Assembly (NCBI GenBank): GCA_964643725.1
Contig: CAZXTL010000002.1
Span: 5,574 to 69,573, forward strand
Length of the DNA stretch: 64,000 nt
Reading direction: 5' to 3'
From: an uncultured Candidatus Marinamargulisbacteria bacterium
GTDB taxonomy: Bacteria > Margulisbacteria > Riflemargulisbacteria > GWF2-35-9 > DYQY01
Part shown: positions 44,597-53,312 of the stretch, piece by piece
How positions within the stretch are numbered: the first letter of the stretch is position 1
How the letters are laid out: every line of letters begins with the position of its first letter
The notes under the pieces: model-generated
What the model saw: the letters and a program-made list of their open reading frames with translations, nothing else
What the model was told of the DNA's origin: nothing
Database searches by the model: none
Program-made: the position numbers and the translations under genes

Positions 44597-44745
44597 TTTA
44601 TACCCCCCAGTATTTCTTAACATTTAAACTATTCCCTTTATAAGAGACTGCTAAACATCAATAACATGATTTTTTTATGGTTTATTGTTTATGTGTTTAA
44701 GCGTTAAGAAAACCCCCTCTGTCCCGCACCATCTGGCGCAGGACA

Positions 44746-44764
44746 TCTCCCCGCTAGGGGGAGA
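44746..44764. repeat. GC-rich hairpin TCTCCCC-GCTAG-GGGGAGA (dispersed hairpin family member)
   Basis: Same CTCCCC/GGGGAG arm motif as hairpins at 23838, 29461/29497 and elsewhere; lies in a divergent intergenic region. Confidence 0.5.
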
Positions 44765-44802
44765 AAATTTGTATTGAATTGTTAGGATATTTTGCTAGAA
44801 AA

Positions 44803-44849
44803 AGTCTTTAGTCTTTCATCTTTAGTCTTTCATCTTTTAGCTATATAAT
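44803..44849 (+). promoter_or_regulatory. Tandem 14-nt direct repeat (TAGTCTTTCATCTT x2) abutting a TATAAT -10 upstream of the BI-1 gene
   Basis: Repeat units at 44809-44822 and 44823-44836; TATAAT at 44844-44849; AGGAGG RBS at 44863-44868; ATG at 44875. Confidence 0.3.
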
Positions 44850-44874
44850 AAACAAAAAATACAGGAGGCATTTT

Positions 44875-45567
44875 ATGGCTAAACCAAACACAAATGTTGC
44901 AATTGATTTACAAAGAACTTTTTTTAACAGGGTATTTTCTTGGATGACACTTGGACTTTTGGCTACTGGAGTTACTTCCATGTATGTTGCGTCTTCGCCT
45001 GCACTAATCCAATTCTTCCTTGGCAACACAATTCTGTTTTTTGGACTCATTCTCTTAGAACTTTTTGCTGTTGGTTTTCTTGCAGCAAAAATAAACAGCA
45101 TGAGTGAACAACAAGCATCTATGCTCTTTATCGGCTACTCTATTCTTAATGGAATTACGTTATCAGGAATATTCCTTATGTATACTGGGGCTTCTATTGC
45201 TCTTGCTTTCTTTGTAACCGCAGGAACTTTTGCAACTATGACTGTTTATGGGTATACAACCAAAAGCGACCTATCAGAGATGGGAAAGCTAATGTTCATG
45301 GGGCTTATTGGTATAATAATTGCTAGTATAATTAATATTTTCTTAAAAAGTAGCGCAATGGACTATGTTATCTCTTATGTAGGCGTAGCAGTCTTTATTG
45401 GACTAACTGCTTGGGACGTTCAAAAATTAAAGTTGTTATCAGAAAATGCTTCAGCTGAGGAACACAACAATCTAGCAATATATGGAGCACTTACTCTGTA
45501 TATGGATTTTATCAATCTGTTTATTTTTATGCTAAGAATACTTGGCAATAGAAGTAGAGATTATTAA
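44875..45567 (+). CDS. Bax inhibitor-1 / YccA family membrane protein
   Basis: 230 aa with 7 TM segments; C-terminal family signature …AIYGALTLYMDFINLFIFMLRILG…. Confidence 0.85.
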   Translation: MAKPNTNVAIDLQRTFFNRVFSWMTLGLLATGVTSMYVASSPALIQFFLGNTILFFGLILLELFAVGFLAAKINSMSEQQASMLFIGYSILNGITLSGIFLMYTGASIALAFFVTAGTFATMTVYGYTTKSDLSEMGKLMFMGLIGIIIASIINIFLKSSAMDYVISYVGVAVFIGLTAWDVQKLKLLSENASAEEHNNLAIYGALTLYMDFINLFIFMLRILGNRSRDY

Positions 45568-45577
45568 AGGAGATATA

Positions 45578-46873
45578 ATGGGACAAACTATTACAGAGAA
45601 AATATTAGCAAAAGCTGCTGGAAAAGATAAAGTAGTACCAGGAGAAAATGTCTGGGTAAAAGTTGATGTACTTATGACCCACGATGTTTGCGGCCCAGCA
45701 ACTATCGGAATATTTGAGGAAAAATTTGGGAAGGATGCGGAAGTATTCGACAAAAATAATGTCGTAATAATTCCTGACCACTACATCCATACTTGTGATA
45801 CTAAATCACATAGAAATGTAGAAACCTTAAGAGAGTTTGTAAAAAAACACCATTTGCCATATTTCTATGATCCAGCTAATGAAACATATATGGGAGTATG
45901 TCACGTAACAATGCCAGAAAAAGGGCATGTTCGTCCTGGAGAAATAATTCTTGGCACGGATTCACATACTTGTACTCATGGAGCCTTAGGTGCATTTGCA
46001 ACAGGCGTTGGAAACACAGACGCTGCCTTTGCATTAGGTACAGGAAAAACTTGGTTAAAAGTTCCTGAAACGTGCAAGTTTATATTTAATGGTAAAATGC
46101 CAAAGAATCTTATGGCAAAAGACCTTATTCTTCACGTTATTGGTGATATTGGTGTAGATGGAGCAACTTACTGTGCAATGGAGTTTGAGGGCGATACTAT
46201 TGACGAACTTTCCATTGATGAAAGAATGACTATTTGTAATATGGCAATTGAAGCTGGTGGCAAAAACGGCATTATCGCTACTGACAAAAAAGCCAGTGAT
46301 TATGTGAAATCAAAAACTAATATTTCCTTTGAAGTATTTAAAAGTGATGCTGATGCAAAATATAAACTTGTAAAAACCTATGATGTATCAAAGCTTCAAC
46401 CATGTGTAGCTGCACCTCACTCTCCTGATAACAAAAAACTAGTTAGTGAGTGCAAAAATGTTGACATAACTCAAGCTTATATTGGCTCATGTACTGGCGG
46501 CAAAATCACCGACTTTATTGCAGCTGCTCAGATACTAAAAGGTAGAAAAGTTAAAGTAATAACCTACGTTGTCCCATCCACAACTTTTATAGAAAAGGAA
46601 ATGCATGAAACCAAAATTGACGGCAAATCCCTAATGCAAATATTTGCTGATGCTGGTTGCAAGATAGGACAACCATCATGTGCAGCTTGCTTAGGTGGGC
46701 CAGACGACACTTTTGGTCGTACACATAATGATGAAATAGTTATTTCTACAACTAACAGAAACTTCCCAGGAAGAATGGGTTCAATGAATTCTCAAGTATA
46801 CCTTGCTTCCCCTTACACAACAGCAGCAAGTGCTTTGACAGGTAAAATAACAGACCCTATAGAATTCTTATAG
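45578..46873 (+). CDS. leuC: 3-isopropylmalate / homoaconitate dehydratase large subunit (small-form LeuC/aconitase family)
   Basis: Aconitase cluster ligands (…GSCTGG…, …CAACLGGP…) and the LeuC N-terminus MGQTITEKILAKAAGKD. The ORF track starts at 45542. The ATG at 45578 follows an AAAGGAG RBS and avoids overlap with the upstream gene. Confidence 0.85.
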   Translation: MGQTITEKILAKAAGKDKVVPGENVWVKVDVLMTHDVCGPATIGIFEEKFGKDAEVFDKNNVVIIPDHYIHTCDTKSHRNVETLREFVKKHHLPYFYDPANETYMGVCHVTMPEKGHVRPGEIILGTDSHTCTHGALGAFATGVGNTDAAFALGTGKTWLKVPETCKFIFNGKMPKNLMAKDLILHVIGDIGVDGATYCAMEFEGDTIDELSIDERMTICNMAIEAGGKNGIIATDKKASDYVKSKTNISFEVFKSDADAKYKLVKTYDVSKLQPCVAAPHSPDNKKLVSECKNVDITQAYIGSCTGGKITDFIAAAQILKGRKVKVITYVVPSTTFIEKEMHETKIDGKSLMQIFADAGCKIGQPSCAACLGGPDDTFGRTHNDEIVISTTNRNFPGRMGSMNSQVYLASPYTTAASALTGKITDPIEFL

Positions 46874-46885
46874 AAAGGTAATAAC

Positions 46886-47440
46886 ATGAAAGAAAAAATA
46901 TCAGGTAAAGTTTACGTATTAGGAAATAATATTGATACAGACCAAATCATCCCTGCAAAATTCTTAAGCTATAACCCTTCCTTAAAAGAAGAAAGAAAAT
47001 ACTTTGGCAAATATGCACTAAGTGGCGTACCTGAAGGACAACAAGGGTTACCTTCCGGCAATAAACCATTTATTAAAGAAGGATTCAGCTCAGACTATAC
47101 TATCGTTATTGGTGGTGAAAACTTTGGTTGCGGTTCTTCTAGAGAACACGCACCACTAGCTTTAAATGAAGCTGGCGTTGAGGTTGTTATTGCTAATTCT
47201 TTTGCCAGGATATTTTATAGAAACTCAGTTAATGGTGGGTACATTATACCTTATGAGACTGCTCTTGAATTAAATAAATCATTTAACACAAATGACCAAG
47301 CTGAAATAGACATCACAAATAACACCATTAAAAATGTGACAACTGGAAAAAGTTATGCCTTAAAATCACTTGGCGGGATATTGCCTATACTTGAAGCAGG
47401 TGATATCTTTAAATATGCTAAAGAAAATAATATCAGCTAA
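46886..47440 (+). CDS. leuD: 3-isopropylmalate / homoaconitate dehydratase small subunit
   Basis: 184 aa; …[14 protein letters not shown]… LeuD swivel-domain signature. Confidence 0.88.
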   Translation: MKEKISGKVYVLGNNIDTDQIIPAKFLSYNPSLKEERKYFGKYALSGVPEGQQGLPSGNKPFIKEGFSSDYTIVIGGENFGCGSSREHAPLALNEAGVEVVIANSFARIFYRNSVNGGYIIPYETALELNKSFNTNDQAEIDITNNTIKNVTTGKSYALKSLGGILPILEAGDIFKYAKENNIS

Positions 47441-47452
47441 AAGGAGATTACG

Positions 47453-47605
47453 ATGGGAACATGGATAATTAAGCTTCCGCTCTTACTAATTCTATTTATC
47501 TTAATTTTTCTTTTAATAGGCTGTATCAGACAAGACATAAAAGCTAAACGACCTTTTTTTCTTAAAATAACCAATAAAGATAAAGTAAATTCAGTAGAAA
47601 AATAA
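47453..47605 (+). CDS. Small (50 aa) lipoprotein-like peptide upstream of the YcaO pair
   Basis: Not in the ORF track (<60 aa). AAGGAG RBS at 47441-47446, 6 nt before ATG 47453. MGTWIIKLPLLLILFILIFLLIGCIRQDIKAKRPFFLKITNKDKVNSVEK: hydrophobic signal with LIGC lipobox and a basic 27-aa mature part. Confidence 0.45.
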   Translation: MGTWIIKLPLLLILFILIFLLIGCIRQDIKAKRPFFLKITNKDKVNSVEK

Positions 47606-47621
47606 CAAGGATACCTTTCTA

Positions 47622-49121
47622 ATGGTTGATTTTATACTCAAAGAAAATAATGATGGTCCTTTTGACTTAAAATCAACGCTAAAAACATATACATATGATC
47701 AAGATAAATACATCCATCCTCAAGTCACGTATGCAAAAACATACAGAAAAGTTAAAAGAAATGTAGAAAACGCCAAACTAATTATAATAACTGAAGAAAA
47801 GCCAGTATTTAGTTATGACTTTTCTAATGAGAAAATAACTACACATGGTAAAGGCGTAACAATGGAACAAGCCAAATCCAGTGCAATCATGGAATTTAGT
47901 GAAAGATATAGCTGGTTAAACTTTGACTATAAAAATGCTCCAGGATACATGGTAGCCTCCTTTAATGAACTGGCAGAACAAGAAGACATGTCATACATAG
48001 AACCTGGATTTGTTTTCCACAACTTCGAAAAATCTAAAGACTTTGAAGTTCACATAAAATCAATCCCCATAAAGTGGATAGACGGTTATTCTCTTACACA
48101 AAAAAAAACAATCAAATACCCTCTTAGTTGGATAAATTATATGCATGGCTCAAACGGTATCTGTACTGGAAACATAAAAGAAGAAGCTATTGTCCAAGGA
48201 ATATGTGAAGTTATTGAAAGAAATAATTGTAACAAATTTGTAAAAAATTATAAAAAAGAAAAGATAAATATTATCGATAACGAAAGTATTGAGCATGAAG
48301 GCTTTAAAGAAATGCTAGATTTCTTTAAAAAAGAACATACAGAGCTATATCTTCTCCATATTCCTACTGGATGTGACCTGCCAGTTATCATGGCTATTTG
48401 CATAAATGAGAAATTACAACCTCAAGTTCTTAGCCAAGGAATTGGTTATGGCTGTCATACAGACCCAGTAAAAGCTGTACTACGTGCTGTCACAGAATAT
48501 TTTCAGGCCAGAACTGGCATTATTGAGAAACAAAAAAAAGTACCATTTGACATGGCAATAGCTAAAAGTAATTCTATATTCAGCTTAGATTTAGACATAG
48601 ACTGGATTGTAAAAAACAATAAACTTATCCACATTAAAGATATAAAAAACCTTTCTTCAAATGATTTTAAAGAAGAAATTGAAACTCTTATTAATATTAC
48701 TAAACAAAGTGGGCTTGAAATTCTTATCGCAAGCAAAATGCACCCCAAACTTGAAATCCCCGTCTACCGAGTTTTTTCCCCTCAAGCAGAGCCACCAGTT
48801 AATTTATGTTCCAACTTTCATGTCCCAGAATACATAGTAGCTCAAATGTATTATGAAGCAGGAATGATTGATAAATCAGAAGAATTTATCCAAGAAAATC
48901 GTGAAAGAATATGCTGTTTTCCTTATTCGCTTTTTGATAATTTTGCTGCACCTATGTTTGGCGAAGAATTTTCAAATTTAGCAAAAAATACCATAAAAAG
49001 ATCTAAAATTAGTGCCGATCAAATTTGCAGGAAGGATTACTTATTACTCCATGTAAATGTTGCATCTGTTGGGAAAGACGCTGAAGATAATTTCAGAAGG
49101 TTTTCAAGTATTTTTAAATAA
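47622..49121 (+). CDS. ycaO: YcaO-domain protein (copy 1)
   Basis: 499 aa. YcaO ATP-binding signatures parallel E. coli YcaO: THGKGVTMEQAKSSAIMEFSERYS vs TNGKGATKKAALASALGEYFERLS, and SNGICTGNIKEEAIVQGICEVIERN vs SNGMSAGNTRNEARVQGLSEVFERY. Confidence 0.85.
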   Translation: MVDFILKENNDGPFDLKSTLKTYTYDQDKYIHPQVTYAKTYRKVKRNVENAKLIIITEEKPVFSYDFSNEKITTHGKGVTMEQAKSSAIMEFSERYSWLNFDYKNAPGYMVASFNELAEQEDMSYIEPGFVFHNFEKSKDFEVHIKSIPIKWIDGYSLTQKKTIKYPLSWINYMHGSNGICTGNIKEEAIVQGICEVIERNNCNKFVKNYKKEKINIIDNESIEHEGFKEMLDFFKKEHTELYLLHIPTGCDLPVIMAICINEKLQPQVLSQGIGYGCHTDPVKAVLRAVTEYFQARTGIIEKQKKVPFDMAIAKSNSIFSLDLDIDWIVKNNKLIHIKDIKNLSSNDFKEEIETLINITKQSGLEILIASKMHPKLEIPVYRVFSPQAEPPVNLCSNFHVPEYIVAQMYYEAGMIDKSEEFIQENRERICCFPYSLFDNFAAPMFGEEFSNLAKNTIKRSKISADQICRKDYLLLHVNVASVGKDAEDNFRRFSSIFK

Positions 49122-49141
49122 TTAAGAAAGGTTATCTTTTT

Positions 49142-50641
49142 GTGGTTGATTTTATACTCAAAGAAAATAATGATGGTCCTTTTGATTTAAAGTCTACTCA
49201 AAAGACATACACTTATGATCAAGATAAATTCATCCACCCTCAAATCACCTATGCAAAAACTTTTAATAAAGTAAAAAGATCAATAGAAAACACAAAACTA
49301 ATTACAATTTCTGAAGAAAGACCAGTATTTAGTTATGACTTCTCAAATGGAACAATAACTTCACACGGCAAAGGGTTAACCAAAGATCAAGCTAAGTCTA
49401 GTGCAATCATGGAATTCTGTGAAAGATATAGTTGGCTAAACTTTGACTATAAAAATGCTCCTGGATATATAGTAACCTCATTTAACGAACTTGCTAAAAA
49501 CGAAAATATGTCCTACATTGAACCTTGCTTTGTTTTCCATGGATTTGAAAGATCAAAAGACTTTGAACCTCACATAAAATCTATCCCTACAAAGTGGATA
49601 GACGGTTTTTCGCTAACAAATAACAAAATAATCAAATACCCTCTTAGTTGGATAAACTATATGCAAGGATCTAACGGAATATGTACTGGCAACATAAAAG
49701 AAGAAGCCATTGTCCAGGGAATCTGTGAAGTTATTGAAAGAAATAACTGTAATAAATTTATAGGAAACTATAAAAATGAAAAAATAAATATTATCGAAAA
49801 CGAAAGTATTGAACATGAAGGTTTTATAGAAATCCTAAATTTCTTAAAGAAAGAAAAAACGGAACTTTATCTTTTACATATCCCTACAGGATGCGACATG
49901 CCTGTTGTCATGGCTTATTGCATAAACGATAATTTCGAAGCTCATCTTAGACAAGTCATAGGTTATGGCTGTCATACAGACCCTACCAAAGCTGTATTTC
50001 GTGCTGTAACCGAATATTTCCAAGCCAGAACTGGACTTATTGAAAAACAAAAAAATGTACCACTTAGGAAGGCTTTGGCTAAAGGTAATTTCCTGTTTGT
50101 CTTAGATTTAGATATAGACTGGATTGTCAAAAACAATCGACATATCCCAATTAAGGATATAAAGGATATTTCTTCCAATGATTTTAAAGAAGAAATCAAT
50201 ACTCTTATCAACATCACTAAACAATACGGGATGGAAATTCTAATTGCCAGCAAAAACCATCCCAAACTTAATATCCCAGTCTATAAAGTTTTCTCCCCTC
50301 AAGCTGAACCACCTGTTAATTTATGTGCAAATGTTCATATTCCAGAGTGGATAATAGCTCAAATGTATTACGAAGCAGGCATGATTGATAAATCAGATGA
50401 CTTTATTCAAAAAAATAGAAATAAATTTTCAAGTTTTGATAATTCTGTTTTTGATAATTTTGCTGAACCAATATTTGGCAAAACTATTTCTGATTTAGCA
50501 AAGAAAGCAATAAAAACCATAAAAATTAACGCTGACATGTTATGTAAAAAAGATTACTTATTAGTTCTTGCCGATGTTGCAGCTGTTGATAAAAATGCAG
50601 AAGAAAATATCAAAAAATTCCATAAATTTCAATCTAGATAG
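49142..50641 (+). CDS. ycaO: YcaO-domain protein (copy 2, tandem paralog; GTG start)
   Basis: 499 aa, collinear and about 70% identical to copy 1 with the same YcaO motifs; its first ~45 nt are nearly identical at the DNA level; GTG start at 49142. Confidence 0.85.
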   Translation: MVDFILKENNDGPFDLKSTQKTYTYDQDKFIHPQITYAKTFNKVKRSIENTKLITISEERPVFSYDFSNGTITSHGKGLTKDQAKSSAIMEFCERYSWLNFDYKNAPGYIVTSFNELAKNENMSYIEPCFVFHGFERSKDFEPHIKSIPTKWIDGFSLTNNKIIKYPLSWINYMQGSNGICTGNIKEEAIVQGICEVIERNNCNKFIGNYKNEKINIIENESIEHEGFIEILNFLKKEKTELYLLHIPTGCDMPVVMAYCINDNFEAHLRQVIGYGCHTDPTKAVFRAVTEYFQARTGLIEKQKNVPLRKALAKGNFLFVLDLDIDWIVKNNRHIPIKDIKDISSNDFKEEINTLINITKQYGMEILIASKNHPKLNIPVYKVFSPQAEPPVNLCANVHIPEWIIAQMYYEAGMIDKSDDFIQKNRNKFSSFDNSVFDNFAEPIFGKTISDLAKKAIKTIKINADMLCKKDYLLVLADVAAVDKNAEENIKKFHKFQSR

Positions 50642-51737
50642 ACATTCCCTTTTTATGTTTACCCTTTAACCTAGAAATCACATCACCTTGATTATAATGA
50701 TCTAATTTAATTGGATCTGGGGTATCAACAATTTCCTCCACCATATCATCCTCTTCAACTAATATTTCTTCTTTTACAAAAACAACTTCATCTGGAATCT
50801 GCTCTTCTTGTACGTTTTTAAATTTATCTACTGAATCACTAACTTTTAAAATTTGCTTTTGTATTTTCTTTAAATCTGTTTGAATTACTTTCTGTATTCT
50901 GTTCTCTTCCTTATCCATATCTAATTTAAAATTACTTGCTTCCTCAACAACCTCAGACTTTTTAGAAATAACTTCTTCTTTAAATTCTATAGAATTCAAA
51001 TTTGCATATTTCTGAACATATTTAACAGCTTGCTTAACATTAACTCCCTCCATAGAAACTAATCCTTCATCACTCATGTCTTCTAGCCATTTTTGAATAT
51101 CCTGAGGAGAATAATCAGAACTAATAAACGGTCCCAACCTTTCAGTTAGCTCTTCCATTTTACTTTCCAACTCTTGCTTCCTTACACTAAGCTTATCCAA
51201 AATCTTCTGTAGACTATTTAACCCAACCTGTTTTATTTTATTATCTAAATCATCTGCCACTTCCATTTCTTGGCTAAGCTTACTTCGATCAACTTTTGCA
51301 ACTATCGCTTTATTAGACTTAACATTGCCACCTTGAAAATGTAAAATATCTTTAGTTTCTTTCCCTGCATTTTCGGCCAAAAAAAGATAATCTCTGACCT
51401 TAACTATCTTATTACTTTGAGGATATGCTTCAATCATCCCATCTAAAACAGGTATCGGATAATATGCCAAAACATTCATAAGTTCATTCGCACTTTTTGA
51501 TTCTTGTAAAACTTTCTTAAATGCTAAAACTATTTGCTCATTAAGATAAAAAACTTTATCATCATGAAACTTTAATTTATCTTGTTTATTAATTAACTTA
51601 GCAAGTTTACCTAAAGTTTGCATTTCTTGAATAGAATACCCACGTATTCCAGAAGCAATTTTTCTTAATACAAATTCGATAGCAAAATCAAAGTTTTGTC
51701 TTTGATCAAGATTAATTAAAATCTGGTCAATATTCAC
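50634..51737 (-). CDS. Hypothetical coiled-coil/acidic protein (367 aa), last gene of the giant-protein operon
   Basis: No recognisable domain; its stop overlaps the ycaO2 stop by 8 nt (convergent); its start overlaps the stop of the upstream 524-aa gene. Confidence 0.55.
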   Translation of the reverse strand: MNIDQILINLDQRQNFDFAIEFVLRKIASGIRGYSIQEMQTLGKLAKLINKQDKLKFHDDKVFYLNEQIVLAFKKVLQESKSANELMNVLAYYPIPVLDGMIEAYPQSNKIVKVRDYLFLAENAGKETKDILHFQGGNVKSNKAIVAKVDRSKLSQEMEVADDLDNKIKQVGLNSLQKILDKLSVRKQELESKMEELTERLGPFISSDYSPQDIQKWLEDMSDEGLVSMEGVNVKQAVKYVQKYANLNSIEFKEEVISKKSEVVEEASNFKLDMDKEENRIQKVIQTDLKKIQKQILKVSDSVDKFKNVQEEQIPDEVVFVKEEILVEEDDMVEEIVDTPDPIKLDHYNQGDVISRLKGKHKKGMSI

Positions 51738-53311
51738 TAATTAGCCTCCGCTATCATCTTCTCAACCAATCCACTTTCAAGTAATCTCTCAATAGACTTA
51801 TTCATTGCTATCTGAAAATATTCTGGGACGTTATCATCATCCATAAAATCTGGTTTTTCTACTTTACCTTGTCTTTCTAATTCATCCATCTCATTATAAA
51901 CTTCTTCTGATATCTTTCTGAAAAGAACCGTCTCTTCTTCCTTATACTTCTCTACTACTTTTTCAGAAAGTTCAAAATCCTTGATTGCCTTATTGATTGC
52001 CTGTGGATCAATCTCTCCAATCTGAAACCCTGGAATAGCAAGAAGCGATTCAGCTAATTCAGGGTTATACTTCCTAACATAATTCATAGGATCTAAAGAA
52101 ATTATTGATAATATTCGTTTATGTTGTTCTAAACTCAAAGGGATAACATATCTCATCGTTACTTCTATGAAGATATCAGCCCTCTCTGCTATGAACTGGT
52201 CTTCACGTAATTCAATGTACTTTACTAAGTTTATACTATCAAGTGGCGTCATTAATACAGCATTTTCTAAAAACATTTCACAGTTATTATCTAACAAATA
52301 CTGTTTAACCGACTCATAACTATATACCTCTGCCTCTCTACATTGTTCATCTACTGACTTAAGATCAGAGAAGGTCTTCAATTCATCAGCAAGCTCTTTT
52401 AGTCTATTTATCACATTGTGCTTTTTACACATTTTTTTTAACAACTCTTGAAATAAACTAGAGTTAAAAGCCTTATTCTGGCTTAAGTTTCTAAAATCAA
52501 TATTTGTTAAAACACTCTGCATATTTAACTGATCATCTTCCATAGAATTATCACGAACCGATAAAATAAATGCAATAATTTGTTCTAAAGATTTCCTTTC
52601 CTCTAAATCCTTAACAGAGGACACCCTACTCTTGATATCCTCAATTTCTATAAATAAATCAGACATAAACTGCTCTGCATTATATACACTAAAATAAATA
52701 TCATTTTGATCACTATAAGGAACAAATACTTTCCTCTCTACATCTCTCCACCCAACCATATCAGTATCTGCAATCATTACCAGCTTATTGTAAAAAACGA
52801 TAAAGTCTTTCTCATCAATATAGGGATTTACTTCATAAACTCCCTTCATGTTATCCATAATTCTCATTAATGCTGCGAAATCATTTGGATTTCTAATAAC
52901 TCTTGTCTGTACCCACTCTCCTTTAATTATGAGAGTCATACTAATAACACTATCCATAACAACTTCCACTTTATACAAATAATCTTGTATTGTGAATTCA
53001 AAAATATCACCATCATGTTTTGGATTAAAAGAGAATTCAGACATATCATCTAAGTACTTATTAATAACCTCTTCTGGATATTCTCCTGTATCTTTTGCAG
53101 CTAATGAAATATCTAAAAAATCCTTCATAAGTTTATATAACTTCTGCCCTTGAAACGATTCTACGTGCGCTTCTCTAAAATCTACTACAGGCACATGTTC
53201 TACTGTGGATTTTGTATTGATTCCTAAAGAATGTTCAATCATAAAGTTTAACTCATCGGCTATTCTTAAAGCTTTTTGCATTCTTTTCTTTATATACTGT
53301 TCTTGATCCAT
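51737..53311 (-). CDS. Hypothetical protein (524 aa), middle gene of the giant-protein operon
   Basis: No recognisable domain; 1-nt gap from the giant ORF stop and 1-nt overlap with the downstream gene, suggesting translational coupling. Confidence 0.55.
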   Translation of the reverse strand: MDQEQYIKKRMQKALRIADELNFMIEHSLGINTKSTVEHVPVVDFREAHVESFQGQKLYKLMKDFLDISLAAKDTGEYPEEVINKYLDDMSEFSFNPKHDGDIFEFTIQDYLYKVEVVMDSVISMTLIIKGEWVQTRVIRNPNDFAALMRIMDNMKGVYEVNPYIDEKDFIVFYNKLVMIADTDMVGWRDVERKVFVPYSDQNDIYFSVYNAEQFMSDLFIEIEDIKSRVSSVKDLEERKSLEQIIAFILSVRDNSMEDDQLNMQSVLTNIDFRNLSQNKAFNSSLFQELLKKMCKKHNVINRLKELADELKTFSDLKSVDEQCREAEVYSYESVKQYLLDNNCEMFLENAVLMTPLDSINLVKYIELREDQFIAERADIFIEVTMRYVIPLSLEQHKRILSIISLDPMNYVRKYNPELAESLLAIPGFQIGEIDPQAINKAIKDFELSEKVVEKYKEEETVLFRKISEEVYNEMDELERQGKVEKPDFMDDDNVPEYFQIAMNKSIERLLESGLVEKMIAEAN

Positions 53312-53312
53312 A

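Noticed and set aside
44841-45101. 86-aa minus-strand ORF
   Set aside because: Antisense to the well-supported BI-1/YccA gene, with its start inside the promoter/RBS region of that gene.
47622-50641. Interpreting the YcaO pair as a TOMM/azoline RiPP cyclodehydratase cluster
   Set aside because: No adjacent E1-like/ocin-ThiF partner, FMN dehydrogenase or Cys/Ser/Thr-rich precursor. The sequence is closest to E. coli-type standalone YcaO. Retained only as a speculative peptide-modification hypothesis.
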